Assembly (NCBI GenBank): GCA_036785375.1
Contig: JAWMAR010000030.1
Span: 5,084,001-5,148,000, forward strand
From: Leucoraja ocellata
Taxonomy: Eukaryota
Length of the DNA stretch: 64,000 nucleotides
Direction of reading: 5' to 3'
A model generated the notes under the pieces. It was not told the DNA's origin and ran no database searches. It was given only the letters and a program-made list of their open reading frames with translations. Positions 60,996-64,000 of the stretch are shown in pieces. A program made the position numbers and the translations under genes. Positions within the stretch are counted from its first letter, which is position 1. Every line of letters begins with the position of its first letter.

Positions 60996-63234
60996 AAGAC
61001 TATTGGCCAGTCGCTCATTGCAAACGTATCTCTATTTTCATTCCTGCTCTTCCAACAGCCCAAACATTCATTTTACAAATTCCAACCTGTCCCATTTACC
61101 CCACCCAGTCAACATTCTTCTCTTCCATTACTCAACTTGTGTTCCAATATTTTTCCCACAAGCTGACTCCAATCAGCAGGGTGTGCTGCCTAGAACTTTG
61201 TACCTTTTCAGCTTTTAACACTGCTATTAATTTATGAATTACCTTTCCATAAAGTCAAGGGTGGCACGTTCGTTATCAGAATGAGTTGAAGCAATCTAAC
61301 TTTTAACTTCTGGGAGATTGTGGTCATATTGAGTGGAAATGTTCAATGAACGATAATCCAATTTATGTTTGATGAGCAGGAAGGCTTGCGGAAGCAAAGC
61401 ATGTTCATTCAAAATACATGTAAATTATTTTGGAGTGGCATTAGTATTGAAACTGTAGTTACATCAGTTTCCCTTAACCTCTTTGTGATTACCTGCTTGT
61501 TCATTGCCTCTTGCACCAGCGAATAAGCATTGAACTTTCATGAATTACTGCTTTGGAATGCTTCTTTTATTATTCCGGTGAAATCCATCTCAGATTTATT
61601 AACAAATTGTTGTGATGTGATATTTTGTTGAGCACTAACCTAACGTTAAGTAGTTACATTGAGTTCTTTTTACTCCATCTAGACAAGTCAAAGATGAGAG
61701 AAAAGCCTGTCGTCAGAAATTAGAATATAATTGATGATTTCAATGGAAGCAGCTTCCTTTTCCCCCATCAGAATCACAAAACCATTCATTTTTCACTCAA
61801 ATTTAATGCTGTGACAATCATGGTCTTGGGGAGGGGAAAAAAATACATGTTTTTTTCCGATTTAAATTTGACTGTTGGACTGACATTACAGATTTATTTG
61901 AAAGTGTTGGGTCAGCATTTTCTTTTCAGTTAGAATGATTGAAGCATGAATTGACAGAGTACAAGTCATCTCTTTTATTTTTGTGATGTGGCAGAAATTC
62001 TTTGTGCATAGCGCAAATTCTGGATTACTACATACATCTGAACTTTGAACTATAAGTTTTTATGAAGAGTTGGTACTGTGTTAGAGACTACCCTCTCCTC
62101 CTTCAATCCGGCTGTGCCCAACCCAAGCTGGAGTGTTTATGTCACAAACTTACCTTACAATTGAGGAGCTTGAGATGACTGTGTTCAGAACAGTAGTGAA
62201 CTCCACTGAGACTTTGACAAGGGGCTATTAAAATAAAACAATGTTTGTAAAGACAACCTAGTGCATTGTTTCATTGGACAAAGAGAGGTGAACTTTGACT
62301 ACATTATATATGCACCACGCAGGGTGAAGGTGTAGAACTGCACGTGACTTGTAGATTTCCACACTTGACATTTGGTATTGGGTTTCACTTTTAGAGGGTT
62401 TGTCGAGTGGAGGAATCCCTAGGAAGCTCGGTTGTGAAATCTACAAATATGATTGTTAATACCCCATGTTATAAACTAATTTTAATTTATTTCTTTCCTT
62501 ACTGGTTGAATATTTCTAAATAAGATATGGAAATAACAGTAAGGTCTGTAACAATGAAAAGCTCCTAATAAAATTAGGCCTATTAGTATTGTTGTCTATT
62601 TGTGATAGTATTGAGGCAATACTGCCACCTGCTGCTCACAACTAATCAATTTTTTAAAGCCTGTTTGAAATGTTATTCAAATACATTACCTGTAGTCAAT
62701 AGGCTATGATTTCTTACCATATTGACTGCAAGTCATCTTAATGTCCTTGCTTGGAGGATCAGAGAGATGGCAAAAACAAAATACTATGTTATGGAAATCT
62801 GCAGTAACAACAATGAATCTTGGAACTGCTCAGGTTATATCTGTCAAAAGTGAAGGAGTTCATAGTTTAGGTCAAGGAAGTGAATGAATACTTGATCACA
62901 TGTGACAAGTCACAGTGAAATTATTTGCTTGCATACCCAAGGTATGCAAATAGTCGCAACTAAATTGTTAACAAGTGAATTTCCAGAATGGTAAGCACAC
63001 AATATACCCATGTTTTTTTTATATTTGAAAACAATTAATTTTGTATTGGAGTATCTCCATATTACACTCATATTACTTTCCTAGCTTTTACACCTGTTTG
63101 ATATATGCATGATTTATTTTAAACAAAAAACAATGAGTATAACTTTCTCTAACCTGAGTTCTGAAAGTATTTAGATTAAGTTGATCAATTATTATTCTGG
63201 AGTTTTGTTAGCAAGTGAATCTTTGTTTGTGCAG

Positions 63235-63299
63235 GTAGAAGACTTTGTGGAGCCCAATGGGAAAATCTCACTTCAGCGGGAAGAAACGCCCTCAAATCG
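63235..63299 (+). CDS. GBF1: GBF1 window exon 22 (65 nt)
   Basis: tttgtttgtgcag| VEDFVEPNGKISLQREETPSN(R) |gtagga; phase 0-2. Confidence 0.95.
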
Positions 63300-63316
63300 G
63301 TAGGAAGAATATTTAG

Positions 63317-63432
63317 AGACACAAGAGACAGCAGATGTTGGAATCTTGAGCAAATAAAATTGCTGGAGGAGCTCAGCGGGTCAGGCAGCTGCCTGACCCA
63401 TCAAGTTCCTTCAGCAGTTTGTTGTCTGCTCG
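63317..63432. mobile_element. Fold-back of two Penelope-like termini
   Basis: Perfect 22-bp palindrome GGGTCAGGCAGCTGCCTGACCC (63378-63399) with imperfect extension on both sides. Confidence 0.65.
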
Positions 63433-63962
63433 GGATGTATCTTTACATGGCAGACTGAGATGATTTTGATGTTGGAATAACAATTCATTTTAAACCACCA
63501 CTGCATTGTTAATATGTGGAATATAAACACCTTCATTTACCACAATGTTGCTTTTGTGAAATTGAGACCAAATTAAAGTTACAAAGGTTAAAATATACTT
63601 GGATAAGGATGAAGGATTGGCAGAGAGAAGGGCATCTTTCAGAAGGGAAGAGAAGAATGGAATTTGGGGGACGCTGTTGGAAGATGCATTGGGAGGAGGA
63701 GCGCATCGTGAACGAGGCGATGAGGATTGGGAATCTGAACGAGGAATGCAAGAAATGATAAATGGATGAGAATAATTGGATAATTACTAGAGTGTAAATT
63801 TGCTAAACTGGCCATAAACCAGGAGTTTCATCACAACACACAGCTTCATCCAGTTACAATTTTTTCTACATCTGTGAGATTTCACCAAATTATCTTATTT
63901 TTAATGCCTCTTTGAGACCATGGGACAATTTGGCAGGATAAATTGCCATAGAGGCAGAAAAA

Positions 63963-64000
63963 GAGTCAAGAGTGTTTTATTGTCATGTCCCAAACACAAT
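63963..64000 (-). mobile_element. LINE 3' terminus running off the window end
   Basis: GAGTCAAGAGTGTTTTATTGTCAT, the same start as 5688-5712. Confidence 0.55.

Larger units (their letters stand above)
3239..63299 (+). other. GBF1: GBF1 gene body (partial, 22 coding exons in window; 5' and 3' ends outside)
   Basis: The 22 exons join to 3097 nt with one open frame and matching phases. The peptides match vertebrate GBF1 as I recall it (RPFLEVIRSEDTTGPITG, LKMRAGGMSDSSKWKKQK, DMDYVNPRGVRFTQ, FRLPGEAPVI, VEDFVEPNGKISLQREE). Confidence 0.98.

Overview
AT-rich eukaryotic (vertebrate) genomic DNA. The repeat content (V-domain/HE1-type SINEs, CR1 tails, Penelope remnants) points to a cartilaginous fish, probably a skate or ray; this is an inference. 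The whole window lies inside one + strand gene, GBF1 (Golgi brefeldin A-resistant Arf guanine nucleotide exchange factor 1). I traced 22 GT-AG coding exons from 3239 to 63299 (3097 nt, all phases compatible, no stops). They cover the DCB and HUS regions, the Sec7 domain with FRLPGE, and HDS1. The start and stop codons lie outside the window. The introns contain a Tigger/pogo-like, a hAT-like and two Harbinger-like non-autonomous DNA elements, a decayed D34E Tc1 with a nested GC-rich retroposon, Penelope-like (GIY-YIG) fragments, CR1, L2 and Rex1 LINE remnants, and V-SINEs. The best leads are (1) a frame-preserving 36-nt microexon with a rare GAG acceptor, (2) minimal hammerhead-ribozyme motifs at the Penelope-derived termini, (3) a 1.5-kb Tigger-like element carrying a tRNA(CAT)-like piece and two long palindromes, (4) an apparently non-tRNA SINE-like retroposon with an (ATTCTG)n tail, and (5) a candidate poison exon. 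None is shown to be a new biological system from sequence alone. Nearly all non-GBF1 ORFs in the supplied track are spurious or repeat-derived.
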